Below are positions 39,236 through 51,827 of a stretch of 64,000 nt of DNA, in pieces (position 1 is the first letter of the stretch; every line of letters begins with the position of its first letter). The notes under the pieces were generated by a model. The model worked only from the letters and a program-made list of their open reading frames with translations. It had not been told where the DNA came from and made no database searches. The stretch is from Longimicrobiaceae bacterium. GTDB taxonomy: Bacteria > Gemmatimonadota > Gemmatimonadetes > Longimicrobiales > Longimicrobiaceae. A program made the translations under genes and the position numbers. The stretch spans positions 76,731-140,730 of the forward strand of contig JBOHRN010000002.1 in the NCBI GenBank assembly GCA_050732775.1. The letters run 5' to 3'.

Positions 39236-40752
39236 TGACTGCGATGATCCGCCCAACCGTTTGCCTCGCCGTGCTGTGCGGGCTAGCGCTTCCCGCCGCG
39301 GCTCAAACCGTTTGGCTGGAGGGCGGCGAGGGGGTGGCCGAAGCCGGCATGATCCGGGAGCTCTTGAACCGGGATGGGTACCGGGTGATCGACCGGGATA
39401 CTGTGCTGGGCGAGTCGTTCGCGCTCGACGGTGACCTGGTGATCGTGGGCGCCGAAGTACGTATGGAGGGCCGGGTCCAGGGCTCGGTGGCCGTGCTCGG
39501 CGGAGACCTGTTCGTGCGCCCTGCGGCGCGCATCCGGGGAAGGGCGGTGGCCCTGGGGGGTGGACTCTTCCCGTCCAACCTCGCCGAGATCGGGGAAGAG
39601 AGGCCCGGCCCGATAGGTTACTGGGTAGAGATCGATACCCTACCTGGGGGCTACCGGGTACGGGTGATAGCACCCGAACTCCCGTCCGCCATCTGGTTCC
39701 CCGGCGCCTTCGGCTTCAAGCTACCCACCTATGACCGGGTAGACGGCCTCACCGTCCGGTGGGGGCCCGAGCTCCGGCTACTCTCGGGTCAGTCCCTCAT
39801 CGTGCGTCCGTGGATAAGCTACAAGTCCGCGCGCGGCGCTCTCGGCGGCGGAGCCCGGCTCGAATCTCCGCTGGGGTCGCTGCGGGCGGAGGCGCGGGTA
39901 GAACGGGTCACGGAGACCCCCGACCGTTGGGTCCGAGGCGACCTGGTCAACTCCTTTGCGGCGCTAGTGTGGGGAACGGACCAGCGCGACTACTATGAAT
40001 CCGACCGAGTCGTGCTCTCGCTCTGGTATCCCGCCGGGTTTACCAGCCCGGGCGGGGCGGTGAGCGTGGTACCCAGGCTCACCTTGCTCGGCTCCCGCGA
40101 CCGCTCTCTCCGCACCGGTTCGGTCTGGTCTCTTTTCGGAGCAGATGAGATGGACCGCTTCAACCGGCTTGTCGATCGGGGGAGCGTGCTCTCGCTGACA
40201 CCGTCGGCCGAGCTCTTCTGGTTCGGGGGCGCCAGCACCCTCTACACGGAGCTGGTCCTGGAGTGGGGAGTTATCGAAGAGACCGGGCCGGCTAGTAGAG
40301 ATAAGCTGCGGAGAGGCTTCACCCACTGGACGGCTCGCGCCGACTGGGAGGTCAACTCGGTTTCGGACCATAAGCTCTTCCTCTGGGGATACGCCACCGG
40401 CACCTTCGGCGAGGGGCCCGCGCCCAGACAGCGCTGGAGCTTCCTGGGCTCCTCTTCTACCATCCCCCTACGGGATATAGAGGAGCGGCTCCTGGGCGAC
40501 CGGCTGGTGCTGCTCAGGACCCGTTACGAGATTCCCACCCGGCTCTTTTCGCTGCCCATCTTGGGGCCGCCCACTCTGCGGCTGCTACACGTAACCGGAA
40601 GCGCGTGGCGAACGGGAGAACCGATGCCCGGCTGGGACCAGAACGTAGGCGCGGGGATCGGTTTCTCACTACTCTACGCGGACCTGTACGTGGACCCCGC
40701 CGCGGACCCCCCGAAGGCCCGCGTCTTGGTGGGGTTGAGCTTTCCTTTCTAG
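39235..40752 (+). CDS. Putative outer-membrane protein: signal peptide, beta-helix-like repeats, C-terminal barrel
   Basis: Start at [24 protein letters not shown]. Repeat-like VIVGAEVRMEGRVQGSVAVLGGDLFV segment. C-terminus ...VGLSFPF (terminal Phe as in OMP beta-signals). Confidence 0.5.
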   Translation: MTAMIRPTVCLAVLCGLALPAAAQTVWLEGGEGVAEAGMIRELLNRDGYRVIDRDTVLGESFALDGDLVIVGAEVRMEGRVQGSVAVLGGDLFVRPAARIRGRAVALGGGLFPSNLAEIGEERPGPIGYWVEIDTLPGGYRVRVIAPELPSAIWFPGAFGFKLPTYDRVDGLTVRWGPELRLLSGQSLIVRPWISYKSARGALGGGARLESPLGSLRAEARVERVTETPDRWVRGDLVNSFAALVWGTDQRDYYESDRVVLSLWYPAGFTSPGGAVSVVPRLTLLGSRDRSLRTGSVWSLFGADEMDRFNRLVDRGSVLSLTPSAELFWFGGASTLYTELVLEWGVIEETGPASRDKLRRGFTHWTARADWEVNSVSDHKLFLWGYATGTFGEGPAPRQRWSFLGSSSTIPLRDIEERLLGDRLVLLRTRYEIPTRLFSLPILGPPTLRLLHVTGSAWRTGEPMPGWDQNVGAGIGFSLLYADLYVDPAADPPKARVLVGLSFPF

Positions 40753-40847
40753 CCTCTCCCGAGCAGTGGAGGAGCTTTGACATATGGCTGGGAAGCGGCT
40801 ACCTTTCGGGGCGTGTTGAAAGCTTACGCGCTCCGCCCCCCGCTCGC

Positions 40848-44135
<3,288 letters not shown>

Positions 44136-44136
<1 letters not shown>

Positions 44137-44690
44137 TGAACATTTCGCCTGAGATCGCCGGGCAGATCCGGCTACTGGTCCTGGACGTGGACGGCGTGAT
44201 GACCGACGGGGGCGTCTACCTGGGCGCCACCGGCGGCGGAGAGGCGGTGGAACTCAAGCGCTTCGAGATCACCGACGGGCTCGGTGTCTACCTCCTGCGC
44301 CAAGCCGGGGTGGAGTGCGCCGTGGTAACCGGACGCGAATCCGCGGCGGTCCGTGCCCGCGCCGGGGAGCTGGGTATCTCGGAGTGCCACCAGGACGCGG
44401 GAGCCCGCAAACTACCGCTGGTAGAGGGGGTTATGGGTCGGCTGGGGTTGGAGTGGTCCGGGGTGGCTTGCCTGGCCGATGACTTGGCCGACTTGCCGGT
44501 TCTGGCCCGGGTAGGGCTCCCTGCGGCCGTGGCCAACGCGGTTCCCGAAGTGCGCGCGCGCGCCCTTTGGTTGGGGCAGAAGCGAGGCGGGGAAGGGGCG
44601 GTGCGGGAGTTCGCCGAGGCGCTACTCAAGGCGCGAGGGTGCTGGGTCACCACCGTGGACGCTTACCTCCGCTCGCGGGAGCAAGCGTGA
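44136..44690 (+). CDS. kdsC: Kdo-8-phosphate phosphatase (HAD IIIA)
   Basis: LLVLDVDGVMTDG, DGLG, DDLADLPV. The GTG overlaps the kdsA stop by 1 nt. Confidence 0.8.
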
Positions 44691-45685
44691 AGCGGGCGGC
44701 GGGAGTGGCGCTAGAGCCACGACCGGATGCCCTGGTGGCCGAGGGCCGCCGGGTGATCCGTATGGAGGCCAGCGCGTTGGCCGCTCTGGAGAACCGCCTG
44801 GGCGACGACTTCGCCGCAGCCGTCCGAGCCGTCCTGGCCGCCACCGGGCGGGTGATCGTCTCCGGGGTGGGCAAGTCTGGTATCATAGGCCGCAAGTTGG
44901 CGGCGACGCTCACCTCCACGGGCACGCCCGCGGCGTTCCTCCACCCGGTCGAGGCGCTGCACGGAGACCTGGGTGTGGTGGAGCGCGGAGACGTGGCCAT
45001 CCTCCTCTCCAAGAGCGGGGAGTCGGACGAGTTGCACGGGCTCATCGAATACCTCAAGCGGGCCGGCGTGCGCCTCATCGCCCTCACCGGCCGCCCCGGC
45101 TCTACCCTGGCCCGGCACGCCGAGGTAGTGCTCGACTGCTCGGTGGACGAGGAGGCGTGTCCCTTGGATCTGGCCCCCACCTCGTCGACCACCGCTGCCC
45201 TGGCCCTGGGGGACGCCCTGGCGGTGGCCCTGCTCAAGGAGAGGGGGTTCGACCAGGACGACTTTGCCCGGCTCCACCCCGGTGGGGCCCTCGGCAGGCG
45301 GCTCCTCCTCCGGGTGACCGACGTGATGGTCACCGGTGACGCGGTTCCCCGCGCCAGGCCCGGAAGTACCATGCGAGAGTGCGTGGTACTGCTGGCCGAA
45401 AAGCGAGGCACGGTGGCGGTGGTCGACGAGGAGGGGGGGATCCTCGGCGTGGTCACCGCAGGCGACCTGACCCGGTTGATGGAAAAGACCGAACAGTTCC
45501 TCTCGCTGCCGATCTCGGAGGTCATGACCCGGGCGCCAAAGACGGTCGGGTCCGGGGAGTTGGCCGCCACTGCGGTGGGGGTGATGGAGCGTCACGGAGT
45601 CATGGCGCTCCCCGTCCTCGACCAGCGGGGGCTGGTGGTGGGGATGGTGCATCTGCACGATCTGATGCGGGCGGGGGCGGCGTGA
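44687..45685 (+). CDS. kdsD: Arabinose-5-phosphate isomerase (KdsD/KpsF; SIS plus CBS pair)
   Basis: VSGVGKSGIIGRKLAATLTSTGTPA, SKSGES, and C-terminal CBS repeats. Confidence 0.85.
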   Translation: MKRAAGVALEPRPDALVAEGRRVIRMEASALAALENRLGDDFAAAVRAVLAATGRVIVSGVGKSGIIGRKLAATLTSTGTPAAFLHPVEALHGDLGVVERGDVAILLSKSGESDELHGLIEYLKRAGVRLIALTGRPGSTLARHAEVVLDCSVDEEACPLDLAPTSSTTAALALGDALAVALLKERGFDQDDFARLHPGGALGRRLLLRVTDVMVTGDAVPRARPGSTMRECVVLLAEKRGTVAVVDEEGGILGVVTAGDLTRLMEKTEQFLSLPISEVMTRAPKTVGSGELAATAVGVMERHGVMALPVLDQRGLVVGMVHLHDLMRAGAA

Positions 45686-46311
45686 TCAAGAAAGCGCTTC
45701 CCGCCCTGCTAGCCATCCTCGCCGCGTGTGGAGACACGACCTCGCCGGGAAGCGGCGAGATTCCCGAGCTTCCGGCCGACCAGATCGCTTTCGGGGTGCG
45801 CCACGTGATCACCGACGAAGGGGTGCGCAAGGCGGTACTGTTCAGCGATACCGCCTTCTTGTACCAACAGAACTCGGAGGCCGACCTGCGCGGGGTGCGG
45901 CTCGACTTCTTCGACGCGGGGGGCGAGCCGGCGGGAGAGCTGACCTCTCGGACCGGGGTGTACGACTGGCGCACCGGCACCATGACCGCTAGCGGGGAGG
46001 TGATCCTGATCATCCGGGACGAGAAGGGGACCGTCCGCCGCGTCGAGACCGAGGAGCTGCACTACAGCGTGGACCAGGACCTCATTTGGAGCGAACTCCC
46101 CACCGTAATGCGGGACGGGGGCCGGGTGTACCGGGGAGAGAGTTTCGAGTCAGACGCCCGCTTCGAGAACGTGCGCGTACGCGGCGGCACCAGCGAAGAA
46201 ATAGACGGTTCTGCCACCCCGCCCGCCCCGGACATTCGGCCCGGGCGCCCGGAGCCGCTCCGCCCGGAGCGTGAAATCGAGCTCCCGGAGTTACCGATGG
46301 AGCCGCAATGA
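45682..46311 (+). CDS. lptC: LptC-like protein, predicted lipoprotein
   Basis: Position between kdsD and lptA. LptC-like beta-jellyroll pattern (ADQIAFGVRHVITDEG...LHYSVDQDLIW). N-terminus VIKKALPALLAILAAC contains a lipobox. Confidence 0.55.
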   Translation: MIKKALPALLAILAACGDTTSPGSGEIPELPADQIAFGVRHVITDEGVRKAVLFSDTAFLYQQNSEADLRGVRLDFFDAGGEPAGELTSRTGVYDWRTGTMTASGEVILIIRDEKGTVRRVETEELHYSVDQDLIWSELPTVMRDGGRVYRGESFESDARFENVRVRGGTSEEIDGSATPPAPDIRPGRPEPLRPEREIELPELPMEPQ

Positions 46312-47675
46312 TGACCCGGCCGGGAGCTATTGCCTTCTGTTTTGCCGCGTTAGCCGTCTGGCTCCCGGCGACTCCGCTCGCTTCCCAGGTGGACGCTGGC
46401 TCGTGCCAGCTGGTGGAGAGCCGTTTTTTCGAACGGCGGGTGCAGGGCGGCGCGTCCACCGTTTACATCTCCGGTCCCGGCACGGTGAGCTGTTCGGGCG
46501 GCGCCGAGGTACGCGCCGACAGCGCGGTGATGTACGAGCGAACGGGCGAGGTCCACCTCTTCCGCGAGGTTTTTTTCCAAGACACCGCCCGCTCGGTGGC
46601 CTCGGACCGAGCCGTGTACTACGACGCCGAGGCCCGCGTCCACGCTACCGGTAATGTGGTTTATACCGATCTGGAGCGCGGCTCCACGCTCAGCGGGCCG
46701 GAGCTGGAGTACTTGCGCCCGACCGAAAGCAGGCCCGCAAGCGAGGTCATCGCCAGCGGCCGTCCCCGGCTCACTCTGGTGCCCGAGCGGGAGGGCGAGG
46801 AGCCCTTCCGGGTAGACGCGGACCGGGTGCGCATAGTGGGGGGAGACCGGCTTACCGCCTCGGGCCGGGTTGAGATTTACCGTTCCGACCTGGACGCTTC
46901 GGGTGCCAGCGCGTTCTTCGACGGCGGCTCCGACTACCTGGAGCTCCAGGGAGACGCCACGGTGTCGGGCGAACGCTTCGATCTGTCCGGAGAGAGGATC
47001 GAGGCCAAGGTGCCCGAGGGCGGCGTGGAGCGGGTCACGGCCGAGCGGAACGCACGCTTGGACGGCGAGGATCTGAGGGTGGACGCAGCCGGGATCACCC
47101 TCTTCTTCGTCGAGCAGGAGCTAGCCCGCGCCGTGGCATGGGGCGAACGGCCCCTGGCCGTGGCCGAGGAGTTCCGCTTGCGAGCCGACTCACTAGACGC
47201 CCGGCTCCAGAACGAACGGCTCCGCGAGGTGGTGGCGGTGGGCCGGGCCCGGGGCGAGACCGGAGAGTTCGATCCGGAGGCCGAGGCCACGGCCGGGACC
47301 GGGGACGGCTGGTCCGACGGAGTCCCCCTAGACCGTGACTGGCTCCTGGGCGACACTATTACCGGCTACTTCGCCGAGACGGAGCCGCCCGACACCGCGG
47401 CCGCCGACAGCTCCGAGACGGTGTTGGAGCGCTTGCTCGCCAAGGGACGGGCGCGGGCCCTCCACCAGGTGGAAGACGAGGACGACGCCACTGCCCCCCC
47501 ATCCCTCAACTACCTGTCGGGCAACTCCATCGAGCTCACCTTTTCGGAGGGCGAGCTCGACACGGCCACGGTGGAGGGTATGAAGCGAGGCGCATTTCTG
47601 GAACCCGCCCCGGACGAGGAGCAGACCCAGCCGGAGGAGCCAGAAGAGCCACCCGGAGAGGAGCCGGGAAGGTGA
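46308..47675 (+). CDS. lptA: OstA/LptA-family periplasmic protein (455 aa, unusually long)
   Basis: Signal peptide, repeated OstA-like beta segments, acidic Pro/Glu tail. Sits between lptC and lptB. Confidence 0.55.
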   Translation: MMTRPGAIAFCFAALAVWLPATPLASQVDAGSCQLVESRFFERRVQGGASTVYISGPGTVSCSGGAEVRADSAVMYERTGEVHLFREVFFQDTARSVASDRAVYYDAEARVHATGNVVYTDLERGSTLSGPELEYLRPTESRPASEVIASGRPRLTLVPEREGEEPFRVDADRVRIVGGDRLTASGRVEIYRSDLDASGASAFFDGGSDYLELQGDATVSGERFDLSGERIEAKVPEGGVERVTAERNARLDGEDLRVDAAGITLFFVEQELARAVAWGERPLAVAEEFRLRADSLDARLQNERLREVVAVGRARGETGEFDPEAEATAGTGDGWSDGVPLDRDWLLGDTITGYFAETEPPDTAAADSSETVLERLLAKGRARALHQVEDEDDATAPPSLNYLSGNSIELTFSEGELDTATVEGMKRGAFLEPAPDEEQTQPEEPEEPPGEEPGR

Positions 47676-48859
47676 CGGCCGATTCGCCGGGCGGAGCCGA
47701 ACTCTCTAGCCTCATCGTGCTACGCTCCCTGGCGGCCCACGCGGACGAGGAAGGGGTGGTGACCCCGGAGCTACTCCTGACCGCGGTGCGCGAGGAGTAC
47801 CGCCGCTGGTATGGCGAAGACGGCGATGGAGACACCCCCGCCCGCTTCCCCGCGGATGAGACGGTCCGCTACCTAGAAGAGCACGTCCTCGGCCGACTCG
47901 AGACCGACGGCACCGTGGAGTGCTCGCGCGGCGCGGGAGGAGGGATCGGAGAGGTCCGGCTCGGCTCCTCCCTGCGCGAGCAGGCGGGGGCGAGCCGGGC
48001 GGGCCTGCTGGAGCAGCTCGACCGGTGCATCGAGCAAGCCCTGGAGCCGGAACCAGCGGAGCAGACGACCGCCGCCGCCCTGAAGGGCGGCTCCACGCTG
48101 TCGGGGAAGGGTCTGGTCAAGGTGTACCGGAAAAGACGGGTGGTCAATGAGGTGGACCTCTCTCTCGGCCAGGGCGAGATCGTAGGGCTGTTGGGGCCCA
48201 ACGGGGCGGGCAAGACCACCACCTTTTACATGCTGGTGGGGCTCATCGCCCCGGACGCGGGCCGCGTATTCTTCGACGGTGAAGATCTCACCCCGGTGCC
48301 GATGTACAGACGGGCCCGCCGCGGGGTGGGGTACCTGTCCCAGGAACCGTCCATCTTCCGCAAGCTCACGGTGGAGGAGAACATCCTGGCCGTGCTCGAG
48401 ATGCTCGAGCTCTCCCAGCGGGAGCGGGAGCACCGGCTGGAGCGGCTCTTGAGCGAACTGGGCATCGGGCACCTGCGCGAGGCGCGGGCGTACTCTCTCT
48501 CCGGGGGCGAGCGGCGGCGGTTGGAGATTACCCGCGCCCTGGTGGGCGACCCCAAATTCATGCTGTTGGACGAGCCGTTCGCCGGGGTGGATCCGATCGC
48601 CGTTCACGACATCCAGCAGATCGTGTCCGAACTGCGGCACCGGAAGATCGGGGTGCTGATCAGCGACCACAACGTGGAGCAGACTTTGGATATTGTGGAT
48701 CGCGCCTATATTATGTACGATGGAAGGGTGCGGGTGTCGGGAAGCGTGTCCGAGTTGGTCTGGAATGACGAGGTGGCCGAGATCTACCTCGGCCCCACAC
48801 TCACCACCCGGATGCGCGCGCGCTACCCCGTCCCAACTGATAACAGGTCGCAGGTATGA
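47672..48859 (+). CDS. lptB: LPS export ABC transporter ATP-binding protein LptB with a ~140-aa N-terminal extension
   Basis: Core from ~48098: GLLGPNGAGKTT (Walker A), YLSQEPSIF, LSGGERRRLEI, LLDEPFAGVDP. The upstream 142 codons keep coding-like GC3 bias. Confidence 0.85.
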   Translation: MTADSPGGAELSSLIVLRSLAAHADEEGVVTPELLLTAVREEYRRWYGEDGDGDTPARFPADETVRYLEEHVLGRLETDGTVECSRGAGGGIGEVRLGSSLREQAGASRAGLLEQLDRCIEQALEPEPAEQTTAAALKGGSTLSGKGLVKVYRKRRVVNEVDLSLGQGEIVGLLGPNGAGKTTTFYMLVGLIAPDAGRVFFDGEDLTPVPMYRRARRGVGYLSQEPSIFRKLTVEENILAVLEMLELSQREREHRLERLLSELGIGHLREARAYSLSGGERRRLEITRALVGDPKFMLLDEPFAGVDPIAVHDIQQIVSELRHRKIGVLISDHNVEQTLDIVDRAYIMYDGRVRVSGSVSELVWNDEVAEIYLGPTLTTRMRARYPVPTDNRSQV

Positions 48860-50343
48860 AGACGGGACTCTACCAGGGCACCGCCCTAAAGCAGGAGATG
48901 AAGATCAACCCTCGCCTCTACCAGGCGATGGATCTCCTCTACATGCCGTTGCTAGACCTCCAACAACACCTGAAGCAGGAGTTGATGAACAACCCCTTCC
49001 TCGACATGGAGGAGAGGGCCGCAGAGGAGGCAGCGGAGCCGGAGCGGGACGAACAGGAAGACGAGGAGGAGATCAATTGGGAGGAGATCCTGCTCAACGG
49101 TTTCGACACCGGCGGGCGCCGCGAGGAGTACGAGGAGCGGGAGTACTACGAACCCGTCTCCGTGGCCACCCGCGACCTTTCGGACCACCTCAGGGAACAG
49201 CTCACGCTCTTGCGCCTCTCCGAGCGGGAGCTGTTGTTGGGGGACGAACTCATCGGGAACATTGGGGAAGACGGTTATCTCACCTGTCCGCTTGAAGATG
49301 TGATCTCTTCTCTAAACCAGTTTATAGCAGAAGGGAGCGGCCAGTGGGACGAGCCGCCGTACGAGTTGGGCGAGGCCGAAAGGATGCTCGAGATCATCCA
49401 GGGTTTCGACCCCTCGGGCGTAGCCGCGCGGGACCTGCGGGAGTGCCTCCTGTTGCAACTCCGCGACGAAGCCGTACGGACGCTCGCCGCCCGTAACGGT
49501 AACAGCCAGCCGCGCCCCGAGGCCGTCGAGCAGGAACTCGCTGGCCAGCTGGCCTACCTCATCGTCCGAGACCACTTCGACCAACTCGTTAGTCACCGCT
49601 GGTCAGAGGTCTCGAAGGAGCTCTCCATCACCCCCAAGCAGGTCCAGGACGCGGCCGACGAAGTGGCCAAACTGGACCCCAAACCAGGGCTCAAGTACGC
49701 CAACCACCGCGACAACTACGTGATGCCGGACTTGGTAGTCGACAAGATCGACGGTGAGTACCTGGTCTTTCTCAACGACACCTCGCTGCCCCGGCTCAAG
49801 CTGTCGCGCGCCTACCGCGAGATCGCCTGGGACAAGAAGAAGTTCGCGGGCGAGAACAAGGAGTTCATCTCCAACAAGCTCAACTCGGCCAACTGGATGA
49901 TCCAGGCCATCGAGCAGCGTCGGCAAACTATGCTCAAAGTGATGAACTTCATCGTGGACCGGCAGCGGGAGTTTTTCGAGCGAGGGGTGCAGTACCTGCG
50001 GCCGCTCACTCTGCGCGAGGTGGCCGAGGTGATCGACATGCACGAGTCCACGGTATCGCGGGTGACCAACGAGAAGTACGTGCAGACTCCGCGCGGAGTG
50101 CTGCCACTCAAGTTTTTCTTTTCGTCCGGGCTTTCCACCACTTCGGGCGAGGACGTGTCGGCGCGCGGCATCAAAGACCAGATAGAGCGGCTGGTGGCAG
50201 CCGAGAACACGGCCGACCCCCTCACCGACCAGTCTATCGTCAACGTCCTCCAGAGGCAGGGCATCCAGATCGCTCGCCGTACCGTGGCCAAGTACCGGGA
50301 CCAACTAGGCATCCTCTCTGCCCGCATGAGAAAACGGGTTTGA
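48856..50343 (+). CDS. rpoN: RNA polymerase sigma-54 factor
   Basis: Gln/Leu-rich region I, acidic region II, HTH, and the RpoN box ARRTVAKYR. Confidence 0.95.
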   Translation: MKTGLYQGTALKQEMKINPRLYQAMDLLYMPLLDLQQHLKQELMNNPFLDMEERAAEEAAEPERDEQEDEEEINWEEILLNGFDTGGRREEYEEREYYEPVSVATRDLSDHLREQLTLLRLSERELLLGDELIGNIGEDGYLTCPLEDVISSLNQFIAEGSGQWDEPPYELGEAERMLEIIQGFDPSGVAARDLRECLLLQLRDEAVRTLAARNGNSQPRPEAVEQELAGQLAYLIVRDHFDQLVSHRWSEVSKELSITPKQVQDAADEVAKLDPKPGLKYANHRDNYVMPDLVVDKIDGEYLVFLNDTSLPRLKLSRAYREIAWDKKKFAGENKEFISNKLNSANWMIQAIEQRRQTMLKVMNFIVDRQREFFERGVQYLRPLTLREVAEVIDMHESTVSRVTNEKYVQTPRGVLPLKFFFSSGLSTTSGEDVSARGIKDQIERLVAAENTADPLTDQSIVNVLQRQGIQIARRTVAKYRDQLGILSARMRKRV

Positions 50344-51281
50344 ACGACCGAGGGCGGGTGAGGCGGAGTGACTTCGCGGTCCTGATCCCGGCCTACGACG
50401 AGGTCGAGAACGTACCCGCCCTCTTCCGGGAGCTGCGCCAGACCTTCGAACGGCACGGGCTCGACGGCGAGGTGATCCTTGTCGATGACGGCTCCCGCGA
50501 CGGTACCTACGAGGCGGCGCTCCAGGAGGCCAGTCGGTGGCGGCACGCCAAGGTGCTGCGTCACCGCCATAACCAGGGCAAAACCGAGGCGATGCTCACT
50601 GCCGCCCGGGCCACTGACGCCAGCTACCTGATCCTTTTCGACGCAGACCTCCAGCACTCCCCGGAAGAGATCCCCCGCTTTCTGGCCGAACTGTCACAGG
50701 GGTGGGACATAGTGACCGGCCGCAAAGTCGGTAGCTACGAAAAGAGGGGAGTGAGCCGCGCCTACAACCGGCTTTCCAGCCGGCTCTTCAGGGTGCCGGC
50801 CAGCGACCTCAACTCCATCAAGGCGTTCCGGCGCGAGGTTCTGGACGAGGTGCCGTTGCGGCACGACTGGCACCGCTTCTTCGTGGTTCTGGCCCACGAC
50901 CGTGGATTTACGGTCAGCGAGATCGGCGTGGAGCTCCTGCCTAGGCGGGCGGGACGCTCCAAGTACACCGAACGGCGCCGGGTGTTGGTCGGGCTCGGCG
51001 ACCTGGTGGTGGTTTGGTTCTACCTGAAGTTCAGCGCCAAACCGATGCAGTTTTTCGGAGGCACTGGGCTGGCCCTGATCGTTGCTGGGCTCTTGGTGGG
51101 GCTGCTGGCGGTGGTGCTGAGAGTGGGTGGGTGGATGCCGCCGTTCGGCTACCGGCCGCTGCTCACGCTGGTGCTGCTGCTCGAGAGCGTGGGGGTTATG
51201 CTCTTTGGTTTCGGCTTCGTGGCCGAGCTAATCGCCGTTCTTCGCTCCGAGGTGGAAGAGCTGCGGGGCCGGCAAGGTTAG
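50340..51281 (+). CDS. GT2 polyprenyl-phosphate glycosyltransferase (GtrB/ArnC-like, two C-terminal TM helices)
   Basis: VLIPAYDEVENV, VDDGSRDGT, FDADLQH, then PMQFFGG... and two TM helices. Start is TTG 50340 or GTG 50358. Confidence 0.8.
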   Translation: MNDRGRVRRSDFAVLIPAYDEVENVPALFRELRQTFERHGLDGEVILVDDGSRDGTYEAALQEASRWRHAKVLRHRHNQGKTEAMLTAARATDASYLILFDADLQHSPEEIPRFLAELSQGWDIVTGRKVGSYEKRGVSRAYNRLSSRLFRVPASDLNSIKAFRREVLDEVPLRHDWHRFFVVLAHDRGFTVSEIGVELLPRRAGRSKYTERRRVLVGLGDLVVVWFYLKFSAKPMQFFGGTGLALIVAGLLVGLLAVVLRVGGWMPPFGYRPLLTLVLLLESVGVMLFGFGFVAELIAVLRSEVEELRGRQG

Positions 51282-51755
51282 CTACTCCAACATCTCCGGC
51301 AGGGTTACCAGCTTGATGACCATCAGGCGCCGTTCGCCGCGCGGCAAGTTGATGGTGGCGGTTTGGCCGATCTTCTTGCCCAAGAGAGCGGTTCCGAGCG
51401 GAGAGGCCAGGGAGATCTGGCCGCTGTCGAAGTCGATGTCGTCCCCGAACACCAAGTCGTAAGTCTCGACGGCACCGGTGTCAGCGTCCTTCACAGTGAC
51501 GCGGGAACCAAAACCCACCCGGTCCACCGGCACGCTGTCCACCTCGATGGACGATAACTCGCCCAGCCGCCTGCTCAGGTGGCCGAGCCGCGCCTCTACG
51601 AACTCCCTCCGCTCCAAGGCCGACCTGTACTCGGAGTTTTCGCGCAGATCGCCGTGCTCCACCGCCCTTCTGATGGCGCGGGGAAGGGTGACCTGGAGCT
51701 CGTGGCTGAGCCGTTCGAGCTCTCCCGAAATCTTCTCCTTGAGTTGGTCCAACAT
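51282..51755 (-). CDS. greA: Transcription elongation factor GreA
   Basis: GDLRENSEYRSA coiled-coil finger, and a C-terminal domain with ISLASPLGTALLGKKIGQ. Confidence 0.9.
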   Translation of the reverse strand: MLDQLKEKISGELERLSHELQVTLPRAIRRAVEHGDLRENSEYRSALERREFVEARLGHLSRRLGELSSIEVDSVPVDRVGFGSRVTVKDADTGAVETYDLVFGDDIDFDSGQISLASPLGTALLGKKIGQTATINLPRGERRLMVIKLVTLPEMLE

Positions 51756-51775
51756 AACGGCGTGCGTGCAAGAGA

Positions 51776-51807
51776 TACAAAGCCCCGGCCTCCTCGAGAG
51801 GCCGGGG
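51776..51807 (-). terminator. Rho-independent-type terminator after the glycosylation operon (hairpin is symmetric, possibly bidirectional)
   Basis: 10-bp GC stem CCCCGGCCTC/GAGGCCGGGG (51783-51792 / 51798-51807) with a 5-nt loop. On the minus strand it is followed by CTTTGTATCTCTT, and on the plus strand by TGTGGTTTTCG. Confidence 0.5.
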
Positions 51808-51827
51808 TGTGGTTTTCGAGATATAAT

